This document shows positions 34,178 through 44,499 of a stretch of 64,000 bases of DNA, in pieces. The position numbers were made by a program, and so were the translations under genes. This stretch comes from Pirellulales bacterium (lineage in GTDB: Bacteria > Planctomycetota > Planctomycetia > Pirellulales > PALSA-1355), in contig DATJEN010000195.1 of NCBI GenBank assembly GCA_035496575.1, positions 511 to 64,510 of the forward strand, read 5' to 3'. The notes under the pieces are model-generated. The model did not search any database. It saw only the letters and a program-made list of their open reading frames with translations, and was not told the DNA's origin. Positions within the stretch are counted from its first letter, which is position 1. Each line of letters starts with the position of its first letter.

Positions 34178-34972
34178 CTAGCAACACAGTTGGCCGGTCC
34201 ACACGATGACGGCCTGCCCACCCAGAATAACGCGATCGCCCGCCAGCCGTGTGCGCACGACGCCTCCGCGTGAGGAGGCCTGATAGGCGACCATCTCGCT
34301 TTTGCCCGTTCGCTCTCGCCAGAAGGGCGCCAGCGCGCAATGCGCCGACCCGGTCACCGGATCTTCGTCGATGCCCGCCCCGGGCGCGAAGAATCGCGAC
34401 ACGAAATCGAACTCACGATCGGCCGATGGGCTGGTTACGATCACTCCCCGCGTGCCGAGCGTCCTGAGAGCCGCGAAATCGGGACTGATCGCGCGCAGCT
34501 CTTGTTCGCTGGAAACGAGCACCAGGTAGTCGAACCTAGTGCGCCCGACGTAGCTGAGGGGTACCCCCAGCGAATCCGCGAGCACTCGATTCGATTCGAT
34601 CGCCTCCGGCGGCGTGGCGGGGAAATCGAGCTCGATCCACTCGCCCGCGGAAGTGGCAGTTAGCTTGCCGCTCTTGGTTTCAAAGGTGATGGGTTGGCCG
34701 CTGTCGGCGACGTCGACTTCCCACATCGCGCGTGCGGCGGCCAGCGTGGCATGCCCGCACAGATCGACTTCCAGGATAGGCGTGAACCAGCGCAGCCCGA
34801 AGTTATCCTCTTTCGGCCACACAAACGCCGTCTCGGCGAGATTCATTTCTGCGCCGACAGATTGCATCCATTTGGCGTCGGCTTCGTGCTCGAGCAAGCA
34901 CACCGCGGCTGGGTTGCCCGAAAACGGCCGGGACGTAAACGAGTCCACCTGTAAGTAGCGGATAGGAGGCAT
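34178..34972 (-). CDS. PhzF-family isomerase-like protein
   Basis: FQVDSFTSRPFSGNPAAV, LCGHATLAAA and DPVTGSAHCALAPFW are typical PhzF/DAP-epimerase-fold motifs. Confidence 0.85.
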   Translation of the reverse strand: MPPIRYLQVDSFTSRPFSGNPAAVCLLEHEADAKWMQSVGAEMNLAETAFVWPKEDNFGLRWFTPILEVDLCGHATLAAARAMWEVDVADSGQPITFETKSGKLTATSAGEWIELDFPATPPEAIESNRVLADSLGVPLSYVGRTRFDYLVLVSSEQELRAISPDFAALRTLGTRGVIVTSPSADREFDFVSRFFAPGAGIDEDPVTGSAHCALAPFWRERTGKSEMVAYQASSRGGVVRTRLAGDRVILGGQAVIVWTGQLCC

Positions 34973-35200
34973 GGAAACCAGACCGGGTCAGATGGTGAGT
35001 CCTGGCGCGCGACCGCCCGCGCGCCGCAGTCCCACAGACACACAGCCACGGGAAAGGTTCTGGCAGGCTGATGTGCCGCACGCTGGCCATTAGGCCGGCT
35101 CGAGCAGCTTCTGGAAGGTTTGGGGCCGGGCAGCGGCCCATCGACTTTGCAGGTTGCCCCCGACTCGATAGACGCGAACCTTGCTACCAGGCTCGAAAAA

Positions 35201-35272
35201 AGGCGCCGGTGGGAGTCGAACCCACGATGGCGGATTTGCAATCCGCTGCCTTAGCCTCTTGGCGACGGCGCC
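35201..35272 (-). tRNA. tRNA-Cys(GCA), 72 nt
   Basis: Reverse complement folds as GGCGCCG TC GCC AAGAGGCTAA GGC A GCGGA TTGCAAA TCCGC CATC GTGGG TTCGACT CCCAC CGGCGCC T. All stems pair and the discriminator is U. Confidence 0.93.
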
Positions 35273-35423
35273 CTGTTTGATCGCTAAAACTATTGCATCA
35301 TTTGTTTTAGGTCAAGCCGTCTTGGCAGCGCTGAGCCACTGCTTCGGAAGTTCCAGTTTTACGCCGAGTGCGCCGGGCCGTTCTCAAGAAGTAAACGGCC
35401 ACTTCGGCCGGCTGCCTTCAATC

Positions 35424-36170
35424 TCATTTGCCGTTCAGCTTCGCAAGGCGATCTTGCAGCCGCCCTTCGTTGTGACACGACTTGCAAGAGATGTTGCCTT
35501 TCGCTGCAGCCGCCGGGTCGCTCTTCCAAAGTTTGGCCACCCGTTCGTATCCGGTATCCGGCAGCGTCGCGATGATCTTGTCCAAGTATTCGGCCAGCTC
35601 CTCGTGCCGTCCGGTGCGCTCGGACGATTGGGCCAGCCCGGCCAGCAATTCTCCGCGAATGTGAAGGGGTAGCCGGTCGACGGCCTTGCCCTGCAATTTC
35701 CATAACGCCTGATAGTTCTCGTAGCCGGTGGCCCATGCCGCGGCCCGATATTTTTCCGGCAGCCGATCACCGAACAGTACGAACGTACCGCCCACGATCG
35801 CGTTCACGGCCGGGTGTCGGGGGCCGAGCTTTTTGGCTTCTGCGAAATGATCGAGTGCTTCCTGGTAGCAACGCTCAAATTCATCGTTCTTGCCGCTTTC
35901 GAGCGCAAGTAAACCGCGATAGACCCGGGTGCCTCCCTTCCAGGCCAGCAGCTCGGCCCGCTGGTCGGGTCGTTGTTCCAGCAACAAGTCGATGTTTTTT
36001 TCCCCCCGTGCATAGCGATCCAAATCGTTGGCTCGCCAGCCGGCAAATACGTCTTCGCGCACCAAGGCGGCGACCGGCAGACGCAGATCCTCGAGGGGAG
36101 GATCCGGCGAGTCGCCGAAGGCATTCATGGTCGTTAAACCCGCTAGCAACCCCAGAACGACTGCGCGCAT
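35424..36170 (-). CDS. secreted helical-repeat protein with C-terminal CxxCH heme-c motif, unknown function
   Basis: Signal peptide MRAVVLGLLAGLTTMNAFG. The body is TPR-like and helical. A single CKSCH lies 18 aa from the C-terminus. Confidence 0.5.
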   Translation of the reverse strand: MRAVVLGLLAGLTTMNAFGDSPDPPLEDLRLPVAALVREDVFAGWRANDLDRYARGEKNIDLLLEQRPDQRAELLAWKGGTRVYRGLLALESGKNDEFERCYQEALDHFAEAKKLGPRHPAVNAIVGGTFVLFGDRLPEKYRAAAWATGYENYQALWKLQGKAVDRLPLHIRGELLAGLAQSSERTGRHEELAEYLDKIIATLPDTGYERVAKLWKSDPAAAAKGNISCKSCHNEGRLQDRLAKLNGK

Positions 36171-36365
36171 TGGTTTACCCTCTCGTAAAAGTCGACACCT
36201 GCGCGTGAATATACCTCAGCAGGAGGGGAGATCAAAGATATCGTCCGCCGAGGAACCTGGCGGTCTGGAGGAACCGGGCAGGGATTCGCCGCCCGAGCAT
36301 TGGCAGTCAAGATGCTAGCCCGCGTGGTTCGATCTTCCTGACAGCCGCACGCATCCGCAGCCAGC

Positions 36366-36767
36366 ATGCGCATGCCTGCGCGCGTCAACGTCCCTTCTCG
36401 AATGGATTCGAAAAAGGCAAAGGAATCGCCAATGGGGATTTTCAGTTTTTTTAGCCAGCGTCGTCGAGCTCGCATGGTCGCGCAAATGGCCGAAGGGATT
36501 GCCGAGCGCAGCCAGGCCGCCGTGCTCGACCGCGTTCGTCGCCGCGCCACCACCATGCGGGTTTCCGAAGCGCGCGGATATGTCCGCTCACGAGCTTTAG
36601 ACCTGGTGCATCGCGAGTTGTCCGCGCTGCATGGCGGACGCATCACGCTCGACCCCGCCACCCAAACGGAAGTGATCAGCCAGGCGACCGAGCTCGTGGT
36701 CACCAAGGTGATGGCCGAGATGCGAAATGTGCCGGCGGCTCGTCCGCGCAAGAGCAAAGCTGCGTAG
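36366..36767 (+). CDS. hypothetical protein (start uncertain)
   Basis: ORF with an ATG at 36366. The internal ATG at 36432 (MGIFSFFSQRRR) has the best SD (AAGGA 8 nt upstream). No recognisable family. Confidence 0.35.
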   Translation: MRMPARVNVPSRMDSKKAKESPMGIFSFFSQRRRARMVAQMAEGIAERSQAAVLDRVRRRATTMRVSEARGYVRSRALDLVHRELSALHGGRITLDPATQTEVISQATELVVTKVMAEMRNVPAARPRKSKAA

Positions 36768-36900
36768 CACGCACGCGCGGAGATTCAAAGCTAAAACGGT
36801 CCTTCCCGACGACCAAGCTGGCGCGGGCGGCTTGAGGCTGGTACACTCGGTGGCGCTGCAACCCCTGCTCGAGTTCTCGAAGCGCGAAAGCTGCCGCCCT

Positions 36901-37830
36901 GTGAACCAGCCCCACCGCCTGGCCGGCGTGTTCTGCGTTTTTCAGACGCCCTACCTGGCCGACGAGTCGATCGACTACGACACGCTCGCGCGCGAGATCG
37001 AATGGCTGTTCGAGCGCGGCGCGGACGGCGTTGTCATGGCGATGGTCTCCGAAGTGTTGCGGCTTTCGCAGTCTGAGCGGCGCGAGATGGCCGACAAGGT
37101 CTGCGGCGTGGCCAGCGGCCGCCCCGTGGTGGTCAGCGTCGGCGCCGAGAGCTGGCACACGGCCTGCGACTACGCGCGGCATGCCCAGCAGGCGGGCGCA
37201 AGCGCGCTCATGGCGGTGCCGCCGATTTCGACCGCGCTCGATGACGACGCGCTATTCGAATACTTCCTGCGAATTGCTCAATCCGTCGACATTCCGCTGA
37301 TCGTGCAGGACGCCAGCAGTTATGTCGGCCGCCCGATGTCGATCGACCTGTTTGTGAGACTATTCGAGTCGCTGGGCCCTCGCGTGCTATTCAAGCCGGA
37401 GGCGGTGCCGATTGGCCCGCGGTTGAGCGCGCTGCGATCGCGCACCGCGAACGCGGCCCGCGTGTTCGAGGGCACGGGCGGCATTGCCTTGGTCGACAGT
37501 TTCCGGCGCGGAATTGTCGGAACGATGCCGGGAGCCGACCTGGTCGACGCGATCGTGGCCATCTGGCGGGCGCTCGTGCGCGAAGATTGGGGCACGGCTG
37601 AGCGGATTTGGTTGCCCCTCGCGGCGCTCGTGTCGCTGCAGCACAGCCTCGATGCATTCCTGGCGGTCGAAAAGCACCTGCTGGTCCGGCAGTGCGTGTT
37701 CAAAAACACAATCGTGCGCGGGCCACGCGCGTACGAGCTCGATGAAGTCACGCGCGAGCACGTGGATCGCTTGTTTGATCGGATGATGGGCGAGGTCGCC
37801 GCTTCACCCGCCACGCCAGGCGGCGCATGA
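36901..37830 (+). CDS. dihydrodipicolinate synthase (DapA/NAL) family lyase
   Basis: GVFCVFQTPYLADESIDYDTLAREIEWLFERGADGVV...SERREM...GRPVVVSVGA..T..A..YARHAQQAGASALMAVPP fits the DHDPS family. The track start (ATG 36727) overlaps the upstream ORF and adds an Arg-rich non-native extension. The in-frame GTG at 36901 is proposed as the start, but this is uncertain. Confidence 0.7.
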   Translation: MNQPHRLAGVFCVFQTPYLADESIDYDTLAREIEWLFERGADGVVMAMVSEVLRLSQSERREMADKVCGVASGRPVVVSVGAESWHTACDYARHAQQAGASALMAVPPISTALDDDALFEYFLRIAQSVDIPLIVQDASSYVGRPMSIDLFVRLFESLGPRVLFKPEAVPIGPRLSALRSRTANAARVFEGTGGIALVDSFRRGIVGTMPGADLVDAIVAIWRALVREDWGTAERIWLPLAALVSLQHSLDAFLAVEKHLLVRQCVFKNTIVRGPRAYELDEVTREHVDRLFDRMMGEVAASPATPGGA

Positions 37831-37905
37831 AAAAGCCGACCCGCAAAGCGCTCGTGGCGAATGACGGGCCGGCCAGTTGGTTTCGGCGGCTTGCGTGGCA
37901 GTCGG

Positions 37906-38478
37906 CTATTTCTTCGTTGCACCCGCCGGCGCCTTCACTTCGGCCAAACCGATAATGCCCAGGGCAATCCGGGGTCCGGCATTGCCGGCCGGCTGGCTCT
38001 TGAGATCGTCCGCGTCGCCGTGCACGACAACGGCCCGCCCGAGCACATGATCGAGCTCCAAGTGGTCGGCCTTGACGTTGACCTTGGCAACTCCACTGGC
38101 GTTTGCGTCGATGTTACCCAAGTCACCTTCATGGCGCTCCTTCGATTCGGCGCTGCCGTGCGGATGATTGTGGGGATTGTAGTGGCCACCCGCCGACATA
38201 CCGTCGGGAGCGCGCAAGTCGCCAAACATGTGGATGTGGAACCCATGCTTGCCGGGCTTGAGCCCCGTCACTTCGCCCGTAACTTGGACGTAGCCTTTTT
38301 CTTGTTTCATCAGGATCGTGCCCGCCACGCCGCTAGCCTTCATGGGTATCAAGACGGCGACGGCGTCGCGCACCTCTTCGTGCTTGTGTTCGTGCTCGTC
38401 CGCAAGCGCGGATTGACCGGCCATTCCCAGGATCAGTGCCGAAAGCAGGCTGCAGTAGCCAAGTACGCCTTTGATCAT
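37906..38478 (-). CDS. sodC: periplasmic Cu,Zn superoxide dismutase
   Basis: Trimmed to the ATG at 38478 with a signal peptide. Contains GKHGFHIHMFGD, GGHYNPH, HEGDLGN and VVVHGDADD. Confidence 0.92.
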   Translation of the reverse strand: MIKGVLGYCSLLSALILGMAGQSALADEHEHKHEEVRDAVAVLIPMKASGVAGTILMKQEKGYVQVTGEVTGLKPGKHGFHIHMFGDLRAPDGMSAGGHYNPHNHPHGSAESKERHEGDLGNIDANASGVAKVNVKADHLELDHVLGRAVVVHGDADDLKSQPAGNAGPRIALGIIGLAEVKAPAGATKK

Positions 38479-38675
38479 CGTGTGGTCCTTTCTTGAAGCA
38501 TGAGCTATGGGCCGAGGGAGACTGCCTAGGGAGTCGGGTGGCCCCGGCGCCGAGTGCTCGCCCATCTTAACGCATGCCGACACAGTTGTCGCCCGGCGGC
38601 GAATCGGCTAGGAAGAGTCGCGTGCTGCCGCTGCCGCCGGCATGATCCAAACGCCCCCGTTCCGACGTATTGCCA

Positions 38676-39752
38676 ATGACCTTGCCGATCAACCTCGACG
38701 AGTTTGAGCACCTGGCACGGGAGCAGCTCCCCGCCATGGTCTTTGATTACTTTTGGGGTGGCGCCGGCGATGAAGTCACGCTTGGAGAGAATCGTGCGGG
38801 CTGGCAGCAGCTTAGGCTACGCCCGCGCGTGCTCGTCGATGTTTCCAACCGAGACCTAAGCACGACGGTGCTCGGACAAAAAATCGCGATGCCGGTGCTG
38901 ACGGCGCCGTGCGCATTCAACGCGCTTGCGCATCCAGATGGCGAGCTGGCCGTGGCCCGCGCGACGTCGGCGGCGGGATTAATTCAGGTTGTGAGCACGG
39001 CCGGAACGTACGCGCTCGAGGAAGTGGCGGCCGCCGCTCCGAATGGCCTGCGTTGGTTCCAGCTTTATTGTTACCGCGACCGCAGTGTGACAGCCTGGCT
39101 TGTGGAGCGGGCGGTCGCCGCAGGGTACCGCGCGCTGTGCCTGACCGTCGATGCCCCGCTCGTCGGCCGCCGCGAACGCGACACGCGAAATCGCTTCCAA
39201 CTTCCCGAGGGGATGTCGTGGAAGAACCTCGAGCGCGTGGGTCTCGATCACATGGAGCACACGCCCGAAGGATCGGCCTTGGTGAACTATATTTCGCAAA
39301 TTTGGGATTCGTCGCTGGACTGGAGTTCGATCGAGTGGTTGCGGAAGCTGTCTCCTTTGCCGCTCGTGATCAAAGGAATTCTGACGGGCGAAGATGCCCG
39401 CCTGGCGGCCGACCATGGCGCTTCGGCCATCGTGGTCTCGAACCATGGCGGGCGGCAACTGGATGGAGTGATGGCCACCAGCGAAGCCCTGGCTGAAGTG
39501 GTCGATGCCGTGGGCGCCCGGGTCGAAGTGCTGGTCGATGGCGGCGTCCGCCGCGGAGGCGACATTCTCAAAGCGCTGGCGCTGGGCGCGCGGGCGGTGC
39601 TCATCGGGCGGCCGTACCTGTGGGCCTTGGCCGCAGCAGGGCAAGAAGGGGTCGAGCACCTGTTCGCTCTCTTGCGCGATGAGCTTGATCTCGACATGGC
39701 GCTCGCCGGCCGGCCAACGATCGCCAGCATCGACCGAACGTTGATTCAGTGA
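38676..39752 (+). CDS. FMN-dependent alpha-hydroxy-acid dehydrogenase/oxidase (L-lactate dehydrogenase / glycolate oxidase family)
   Basis: The track start at 38670 is TTG; the ATG is at 38676. Contains FDYFWGGAGDE.T, LTVDAP..GRRERD, VVSNHGGRQLDG and GRPYLW. Confidence 0.88.
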   Translation: MTLPINLDEFEHLAREQLPAMVFDYFWGGAGDEVTLGENRAGWQQLRLRPRVLVDVSNRDLSTTVLGQKIAMPVLTAPCAFNALAHPDGELAVARATSAAGLIQVVSTAGTYALEEVAAAAPNGLRWFQLYCYRDRSVTAWLVERAVAAGYRALCLTVDAPLVGRRERDTRNRFQLPEGMSWKNLERVGLDHMEHTPEGSALVNYISQIWDSSLDWSSIEWLRKLSPLPLVIKGILTGEDARLAADHGASAIVVSNHGGRQLDGVMATSEALAEVVDAVGARVEVLVDGGVRRGGDILKALALGARAVLIGRPYLWALAAAGQEGVEHLFALLRDELDLDMALAGRPTIASIDRTLIQ

Positions 39753-39891
39753 CAGGATCCTGAGCAAGCCGCGCCAGAAGGTCGATTTCCGACGCAGCAC
39801 GACCACGATGCGGCCTTTTGCAAGTTAGCGGCGCGGCGATTAAACTTGGGTTTCCTGCCCCCCACCCTGCCCTCCTCCATTCAGGTGTCAG

Positions 39892-41175
39892 ATGACCAAA
39901 CGATTTCAAAGTCGGCGTGATTTCTTGCGAACTTCGGCGGTCTTGGCTGCCGGCACTCCTTACTGGTTCAGCTCGGAAAGCCGCGCGGAAGACAACCAAT
40001 CGAAGAATGATCGCCCGCTAGTGGGTTGCATTGGCACCGGCGACCGCTGGAAGGGGCTTTACAAGGGCATCTTGCCGCATGGCGACATCGTGGCCGTGGC
40101 TGACGTCGACAGCAAACACGCGGAGTTCGGCAAGGAAGCGTCAGGCGGAAAGGCCGACATTTACGAAGACTACCGCAAGCTGCTCGACCGCAAGGATATC
40201 GACGTCGTTTCCATCGTCACCCCGGACCACTGGCACACAAAGATCGCCATCGACGCGATGCGGGCTGGCAAAGACGTGTATTGCGAAAAGCCGCTGACGC
40301 TAACCATCGATGAAGGCAAGGCGATCTGCAAAGTCCTTAACGAGACCGGACGCGTCTTTCAGGTCGGCACCCAACAGCGCACGGAGATGAATCGACGCTT
40401 TCTCAATGCCGTGGCCATCATTCGCGATGGGCGGATTGGCAAACTCAAGAAAGCCACCTGCGCAATCGGCGGCGCACCGACGGGCGGACCCTTTGAGACG
40501 ATGGCGATTCCTCCGGAATTGAATTGGGAGATGTGGCTGGGACAAGCCCCGAAGGTCGACTACACCGAAAAGCGATGCCACTACGAGTTCCGCTGGTGGT
40601 ATGAGTATTCCGGCGGCAAGATGACCGACTGGGGCGCTCACCATGTCGATATCGCCTCGTGGGCGCTCGGCGCCGACGCGAGCGGGCCAATTTCGGTCGA
40701 GGGCACGGCCACGCATCCCCATGTTCCAAACGGATACAACACGGCTACCGAGTTTTTGGTCAACTGCAAGTACGCGGACGGCGCCGAGCTCATCATCCGG
40801 CATGACACCGAAAACGGGATCACGTTCGAAGGTGACAAAGGCTCGTTCTTCGTCGCCCGTAGCATGCTCACGGGCCCTGCGGTCGATGAGCTCAAAGAGC
40901 ATCCGCTACCCGAAGGCGCTATCGAAAAGCTGTATGGCGGCAAGCCGACCAGCCACATGGCGAATTTCTTTCAATCGGTCAAGAGCCGCAAACAGCCGAT
41001 TTCCGACGTGTTCTCGCACCACCGCTCGATTACGACCTGCCATCTGGCGAACATCGCGATTCGTCTCGGGCGCAAGATCAATTGGGATCCAGTCGCCGAA
41101 CAGGTTGTCGGCGATTCAGAAGCCCAATCGTGGCAATCGCGAGCCCAGCGCAAGGGCTATGAGATCGTGGCGTAA
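39892..41175 (+). CDS. Gfo/Idh/MocA-family oxidoreductase with Tat signal
   Basis: The N-terminus [15 protein letters not shown] is a twin-arginine motif. It also has [21 protein letters not shown] and VYCEKPL. Confidence 0.85.
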   Translation: MTKRFQSRRDFLRTSAVLAAGTPYWFSSESRAEDNQSKNDRPLVGCIGTGDRWKGLYKGILPHGDIVAVADVDSKHAEFGKEASGGKADIYEDYRKLLDRKDIDVVSIVTPDHWHTKIAIDAMRAGKDVYCEKPLTLTIDEGKAICKVLNETGRVFQVGTQQRTEMNRRFLNAVAIIRDGRIGKLKKATCAIGGAPTGGPFETMAIPPELNWEMWLGQAPKVDYTEKRCHYEFRWWYEYSGGKMTDWGAHHVDIASWALGADASGPISVEGTATHPHVPNGYNTATEFLVNCKYADGAELIIRHDTENGITFEGDKGSFFVARSMLTGPAVDELKEHPLPEGAIEKLYGGKPTSHMANFFQSVKSRKQPISDVFSHHRSITTCHLANIAIRLGRKINWDPVAEQVVGDSEAQSWQSRAQRKGYEIVA

Positions 41176-41225
41176 GTTGACGCCGGCGGCGCACTAGGGA
41201 TTCCGCGGTCCGATCGAATGCGCGT

Positions 41226-42524
41226 CTAGGCCGCGCGGTTCTTGCCGTCGTAACGGCTGACGATCAGCGTGATGTTCTGGCCGCCGAAACCAAAGCTGTT
41301 CGAAAGCGCGTGGTCGCACCGGCTTTCGCGCGCCTGATTGGGGATGTAGTCGAGATCGCACTCGGGGTCGGGCGTCTCGTAATTGATCGTCGGCGGCAAC
41401 ACATTGTCGCGGATGGCCAATAGCGACACGATCAGCTCCGTCGCTCCGGCCGCCGCAATCAGATGCCCCATCATGCTCTTGGTGCTGGACACGGGCGTGC
41501 GATAAGCGGCTTCACCGAAGGCGTTCTTGATCGCCAGCGTTTCCACTTTGTCGTTAACGCTCGTGCTGGTGCCATGCGCGTTGATGTAGTGAATGTCCTC
41601 GGGATTGAGGTGGGCGTCCTCGAGAGCCAGCTTGATGCAGCGCGTGGCGCCTCGGCCTTCTGGGTGCGTGTCCGTGATCCGATACGCGTCGGCCGTTGAA
41701 CCGTAGCCGGCAAGCTCGCCATAAATCTGAGCGCCCCGCGTCAGGGCGTGCTCCAGATCTTCCAGCACTACCATGGCGGCTCCCTCGCCGAGCACGAACC
41801 CGTCGCGGTCGCGATCAAACGGGCGCGAGGCTTTTTGTGGGTTGTCGTTATTGGTCGAGAGCGCTGTCAGCAAATTAAAGCCCGTGACGCCGAAGGGATG
41901 GATCATGCTGTGCGTACCGCCGGAGAGCATGATGTCGGCATCACCGCGGCGGATGATTTCCACGGCTTCGCCAATGGCCTGGCTGCTAGCGGCACAGGCC
42001 GTCAAGCAATTTGCGTTGGGACCTTGCGCATCGAACAAGGCCGCCAAATGGCCGGCCGGCATGTTTGGCTCCTGCTCGAGTTCCACCGTCGGGTGCAGCC
42101 ACTCCAGGCCCGCCTTGGTGAACTGTGCCAGGTCAAATTGCTCGCCGCGCAGGGCGCTTGTCATCATGCGCGCAAAGCAGTGAAAATCTTGCTGCCCCTC
42201 GCCGCTGCCCAGATACACGCCGAAGCGGGCTGGGTCGATCGTGTGATTGAGAATACCGGAATCATTCACCGCTTTTTTTGCGGCGCCGGCGGCAAACTTC
42301 GTATGGCGGCCGCGCAGCTTCCAGACCTCGGGGTCTTCGCCGACATCACTCAGATCCCAGTTGCGAACCTCGGCCGAGATGCGCGTCGGGAAGCGGCTGG
42401 CGTCGAAGATCGACGTGTAACCCACGCCCGAGTCACCGGCCTTGAGGCCACTCCAGATTTTCTCGACGTCTGTTCCCATGGGCGTGATACAGCCCACTCC
42501 GGTGATGACTACGCGTCGTCTCAT
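41226..42524 (-). CDS. fabF: beta-ketoacyl-ACP synthase II-like condensing enzyme
   Basis: RRVVITGVGCITPMG and the Cys-His-His triad contexts (CLTACAASS, INAHGTSTS, KSMMGHLIAAAG). It carries an about 40-aa insertion (QQDFHCFARMMTSALRGEQFDLAQFTKAGLEWL) relative to the E. coli FabF pattern. Confidence 0.85.
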   Translation of the reverse strand: MRRRVVITGVGCITPMGTDVEKIWSGLKAGDSGVGYTSIFDASRFPTRISAEVRNWDLSDVGEDPEVWKLRGRHTKFAAGAAKKAVNDSGILNHTIDPARFGVYLGSGEGQQDFHCFARMMTSALRGEQFDLAQFTKAGLEWLHPTVELEQEPNMPAGHLAALFDAQGPNANCLTACAASSQAIGEAVEIIRRGDADIMLSGGTHSMIHPFGVTGFNLLTALSTNNDNPQKASRPFDRDRDGFVLGEGAAMVVLEDLEHALTRGAQIYGELAGYGSTADAYRITDTHPEGRGATRCIKLALEDAHLNPEDIHYINAHGTSTSVNDKVETLAIKNAFGEAAYRTPVSSTKSMMGHLIAAAGATELIVSLLAIRDNVLPPTINYETPDPECDLDYIPNQARESRCDHALSNSFGFGGQNITLIVSRYDGKNRAA

Positions 42525-42578
42525 CGCTTTGCACCTCGGTTTCGAAGGAACAGAACCGATTGGGAACAGAAAGGGGCC

Positions 42579-43103
42579 CTAGTGCGGCTGGCTTCCGTTC
42601 AGGAGTGATTTAGGCACGGTCAGCGGACCACCCTGCGGGTCGCGCCCCACCTTGAAGACGCCGAGCAATTGCAACATCGCCAGTAAATTAGCCGGGTCGA
42701 AAAGGGATTCCGCGATCGACGCGTCGTTCAGATGGGCAAAAAACAATTGCACTTCACCTTGCAGCCGGTCGCCCACCGAGCTTGTTCCGCTGACGATCGC
42801 GCCATCCTTCTGAATGTCATCGATGGTGGTCCGATACTCGAGAGTATCTCCGGGAACCGCGGGAAAATGGAAGCGCGCTTTGGCGATCTTCGCCAGAATT
42901 ACCCGCTCCTCAAACCCACCATGTTCCGCCACCAGCAGCCCGCCCGTCTGCGCGAGGCCCTCGATGATGAGGGTGTTCGGCATAACTGGCGCGCCCGGAA
43001 AATGGTCGTGCAAGTGCTCCTCGGCAAGCGAGATGTTTTTGACGGCCACGGCGCGACGGCCGCTCTCGAACTGCCTGAAACGATCGATCCAAAACCAACG
43101 CAT
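42579..43103 (-). CDS. FabZ-like hot-dog fold dehydratase
   Basis: MRWFWIDRF...ISLAEEHLHDHFPGAPVMPNTLIIEGLAQTGG, 174 aa. It lies between the ACP and KS genes. Confidence 0.7.
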   Translation of the reverse strand: MRWFWIDRFRQFESGRRAVAVKNISLAEEHLHDHFPGAPVMPNTLIIEGLAQTGGLLVAEHGGFEERVILAKIAKARFHFPAVPGDTLEYRTTIDDIQKDGAIVSGTSSVGDRLQGEVQLFFAHLNDASIAESLFDPANLLAMLQLLGVFKVGRDPQGGPLTVPKSLLNGSQPH

Positions 43104-43118
43104 AGGAACCTGGTACTT

Positions 43119-43508
43119 TTAGGCCACGCCGACTTTGCTCTCGACGTAACGGCACATGTCTTCCACGGTCAGCAGATTGCCAAAATCCTGCACCGCCGGG
43201 TTGGCCGAAAACGCCGTCAGATCGGCAAACGGCATGCGCGCCTTGAGTTGTTCGAGCCCGTGGGCAGTCACCCGGCCATTCTGCACGTATTCGGCGTTGG
43301 TCAGGATGTCTTCGGGAAATAACTCTCCCCGAGGAATCTTGATATCGAATGCTTTCTCCAGGCGGAAGACGATATCCAGGAAATCGATCGACTCGGCGCC
43401 CAAGTCGCCCACCAACCGGGCCTGAGGAGTGACTTCGTCCTCGTCCACGCCCAACGCGTCAACCAACGCGGTCCGTACTTTGGAGAACACGTCCTCTTTC
43501 GTCGCCAT
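43119..43508 (-). CDS. acyl carrier protein with about 50-aa C-terminal extension
   Basis: The DLGAESIDFLDIVF phosphopantetheine-attachment motif (DSxD-like) sits in the first 60 aa. Total length is 129 aa, against about 80 aa for a canonical AcpP. Confidence 0.8.
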   Translation of the reverse strand: MATKEDVFSKVRTALVDALGVDEDEVTPQARLVGDLGAESIDFLDIVFRLEKAFDIKIPRGELFPEDILTNAEYVQNGRVTAHGLEQLKARMPFADLTAFSANPAVQDFGNLLTVEDMCRYVESKVGVA

Positions 43509-43833
43509 CTCGACCTCCTAAATCTCGTAATGGAGCACGATTGTGTGAGTTTGGCGACAGGGAACTTGGAGCGCCAAGAGCACCTGGCCAACTGCTATTA
43601 AGCAGATTCTCTCGGCCCAGTGCTGTCGCGAGAACCGTCTCGGACCGGCAGATTTCCCGCTGTGCCCCGCAAACTCGCCGCGAAGATTATCGGCAGCCCA
43701 ACCGTTCTTTGTTAACATACAACAGGGCGGCAGTGTAACTTGCTAGCCTCCGAATCTCAAGAAGGTCTGCTGTTTCATGCAGTTGCGCCTGCTTGCCGCA
43801 ACTCAAACCGCGAATGGAGAGCGGCGGTCATAG

Positions 43834-44499
43834 ATGGAACGCAAGCGCCTGACCAGAGAAGCACAATCTGCAAATGGGGCTTTGGGGTATTTGGTCTTTG
43901 CGCTAGCAATGTTAGCCGCACTGGCGACGGGAGCTAGCGCCCGGGCTCAGGCGCCGCCGCCCAAGATCGAGACGTTTCTCAAGCGCTGCGAAACCAACCG
44001 CCGAGGCCGCATCCTGGAGCTAGAGCACACGTTGCGTCGTTTGCGGCATCAGGCTCAATCGGCTCAAGTTGTCGCGCAAACTCGACAGTTGCAAGACGAG
44101 CTGCGGTTGCTCCGTGCGAACCAGGACCTTCTGATTCCCACGCTTGCCTATCCGCCGGAAAAAGGCGCGATGGGACGCTTGCCGGAGCTGACCTTCCACG
44201 TGGACGAAGTCCTCCCGCCCGACTTGCTGCTCGGCAGGAGCAATTTCCTGGTTGGCCTGGGCTCGGTGCAGCGGTTCCAGTTCCGTCCAGAAAAAGTGCA
44301 TGAGCGGGCGGTCTTCTTTATCACGGGGGTTGATGCCCAGAAATACACGGCGGGGGGCGATATCCAGCTTCCCGAGACCTTTGAGGTCGTCGAACAGCGC
44401 TCATATCGCACAGCGGATGGCCGCCCCGGGCGGGCTTGGGTCCTCAAAGTTGCGGACATGAGTCAGGTTTATCGCTACTTCCGGCAGAATCGGAACTAG
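43834..44499 (+). CDS. hypothetical secreted/anchored protein
   Basis: N-terminal hydrophobic segment LGYLVFALAMLAALATGASARAQA followed by a coiled-coil-like region. No recognisable family. Confidence 0.5.
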   Translation: MERKRLTREAQSANGALGYLVFALAMLAALATGASARAQAPPPKIETFLKRCETNRRGRILELEHTLRRLRHQAQSAQVVAQTRQLQDELRLLRANQDLLIPTLAYPPEKGAMGRLPELTFHVDEVLPPDLLLGRSNFLVGLGSVQRFQFRPEKVHERAVFFITGVDAQKYTAGGDIQLPETFEVVEQRSYRTADGRPGRAWVLKVADMSQVYRYFRQNRN

